From assembly GCA_964016885.1 (NCBI GenBank), contig OZ024742.1:208630001-208694000 (forward strand): a stretch of DNA of 64,000 nt, written 5' to 3'. A program made the translations under genes and the position numbers. Origin of the DNA: Eledone cirrhosa. Lineage: Eukaryota. The notes beneath the pieces are model-generated. The model saw only the letters and a program-made list of their open reading frames with translations, did not search any database and was not told the origin of the DNA. Of the stretch, positions 61,565-64,000 are shown piece by piece; the first letter of the stretch is position 1, and each line of letters opens with the position of its first letter.

Positions 61565-64000
61565 CCCCAATATTTAATATTTAATTTTGGATCAGAAATG
61601 TTATAGTCGAAAAAGAGAAAAATGGCAAAATGGCTTCCCCACCAGACAGGCAAATGATTTCCCCACCAACACCACCACCGCCACCATCACCACCACCACA
61701 CCAAAAACTCTAGTCAAGTTACCTCAACTTCTATTTCTACTTCAACTTCAACACCATCACTACAGTAGTACGATCACATCACCACCACCACTGCCTCATT
61801 ATCGCTACCGCCGCTATTCTCTCCCACTACCTCCTGCTAAGTACTACTAGCACAGCACCACCACCACTGCCTCATTATCGCTACCGCCGCTATTCTCTCC
61901 CACTAACACCTGCTAAGACAGGCATCGTAGTATTCCCTACTAAAAGAGGAAGGCATCAAATGATATAAATAGATTAATTTGATGACCCGGTCAAAAAATC
62001 AAAAAACCAAAAATCAAAATCAAAACAGCACAGCAGCAACGAAAAAAGTAAAGAAAAGAAAAGAAAAAAGAAAAAAGAAAAGAAAAAAGAAAAGAAAAAA
62101 GAAAGAAAAAAAAGGAAAAACAAACAGACAGACAGAGAAGGGAAAAAAAAAACAAAGTCAGACATTCAAACATTACTTACAATGAAACTTATTCTTTTGG
62201 GGAGGGGGGGGTTTACCTATTCGTTTGTTTGTTTATTTATGTTCGTCTACAGCGTAATAGTACCACACTAAAATCACCGGTGGTTATGTAACCATACATT
62301 CACCAATCCTCGATATGAGTGTTTAAATGTCGAACCTAAACAGTTCGAATAACGCTGAAGTGGAGACTGGAATGTCATGTGATAGACTCTCACCCAGCAG
62401 GTGCTGCCTGGCTCAGCAGCAGGGACCTTGCTGTCAACCAAATACTGCTGGTGTCGGAGAAGAAGAAGGAAATGGACCACAACCAACTGGACGAAAGAAT
62501 TGAATAGAACTGTTATGCAATGTTACCTGAAGAGTAACTCCAAGGAGAAATGCTATAGGAAACTGATGCATAACATCTGGAAAGAGATTGGTCTATTTAA
62601 ATTAGATGAACAATAATGGGCCGGGCAGGCTCGGGTAATAAGAACTAATGGGTCGATAAGCGAGCTGGAACTGGAGGAACTGAGCAGAGAGATTAGGTTG
62701 GAAATGGAGAGTGGAGTATGCCAGGCAAACGAGCCATAGGGAAATGAAGGTGAAGATGATGAGAGAACGGAGGAACCATCCGAACCAGACAATGATCTGA
62801 ATGCCGAAATAAATAATACCTGGAACAAAGATACGGCCATTGAGGAGATGAATGCTGACGGGCTAGGACATGATTTGGTTGATATCCTAAACTTAGTGGT
62901 AGATGAATTGAACAATGATAGTGGGAAATCTATGAACCTAAGATTTGTAGACAGGAAAATGTTAAAAAAACAACTGCTAAGGTAAACAAAGTCATCCCAT
63001 ACCTTGAGGCGAGGAGCCTTCACCAGTGCAACAATATCCTCAAAGCAACAGCAAATGCGGTGAGGAAATTACTTGGCATAAAAGCGAGAGGAAACAACAA
63101 ACAAGAAAGATCAGAACCTTGGTGGCAGAAACGACTGAATGGTCAAATCAGGGAAATGAGAAATGAAATTGGAAAGCTTGAGTCCCTACTGAATGGGACA
63201 CTGAAAAACATAGACACTAAAAATAGACTGGAAATAAAGTACAAAACTAGGAGGAAAAAGCTAAATATTATCATAGAGGAACTGAAGCAACGCATTGTAG
63301 CAAAGAGTGCAAAGATTAGGCGATACGAGAGCAGAGTCAGTCAGTATAGACAGAACCGCATGTTTGACAACAACCAGAAGATGTTGTTTGGACAGCTTGA
63401 AGGGAAAGAAAGAGGCAAAGACTCGATCCCTGAGGCGGAACAAACTAAGACATTCTGGAGAGGAATATGGGAGCAGGATGTTAAATATAAGGACCAGGCA
63501 GTGTGGATTGAGACAGTACAAAAGGAGATTAGTAAACAGGCACACCAACAAACTGATTTGAGTATCACAGTTGAAACCTTTAAGGGGCTGGCCAAAATAC
63601 TAACCAACTGGAAATCCCCAGGCCCAGATGGTGTGCATGGGTATTGGATTAAAAATATAACATCCCTCCACCCGAAACTGACCACCATGTTCAATGACTG
63701 ATTGATGTCAGGTGAGGTACCAGAGTGGTTGACAAAAGGTACCACAGTTCTGGTAATGAAAGACCGAATCAAGGGTAATGATGTTACCAACTATAGACCT
63801 ATCACATGTCTGTCCGTAATGTGGAAACTGTTGACAAGCATTGTGTCTGAGGAAATCTACCATCACATCCACACAAACAACTTGTTACCGGACGAACAGA
63901 AAGGATGCCGAAAGAAGTCCCGTGGTACAAAGAACCAGTTACTTATTGATAAGATGGTAATGAGGAATTGCAAGAGGAGACACACTGGTCTTGCCATGGG
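61565..64000 (+). mobile_element. Dong-A LINE 5' half (5' UTR, ORF N-terminus to RT), decayed, runs off the window
   Basis: [41 protein letters not shown]-rich 5' UTR with a ~77-bp tandem duplication (61779-61917). Confidence 0.9.

Overview
Eukaryotic, gene-poor, repeat-dense DNA. The SINE and microsatellite content suggests a cephalopod, probably an octopus (inference). No host gene is recognisable. Roughly two thirds of the window is non-LTR retrotransposon: (i) seven L1/Tx1-like LINE copies (gag-knuckle ORF1; APE-RT-CCHC ORF2), all on +, all decayed; (ii) R4/Dong-like RT + restriction-like-endonuclease (RLE) LINEs of two families, one copy nearly intact (13980-18405, -); (iii) many tRNA-derived SINEs ending in (ATT)n; (iv) single relics of an RTE-like and a HERO-like LINE. 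There is also a head-to-tail array of non-autonomous Helitrons (51.4-56.3 kb) and an unexplained ~318-bp tandem/fold-back insertion (20.7-21.6 kb). The main pattern is that the Tx1-like LINEs, Dong-like LINEs and SINEs are stacked into the same (ATT)n/(TAA)n microsatellites with fixed, opposite polarity. The SINE also shares its last ~25 nt with the Tx1-like LINE. Together these suggest a self-seeding, microsatellite-centred retroelement community. Family names come from motif recognition only; no database search was possible.
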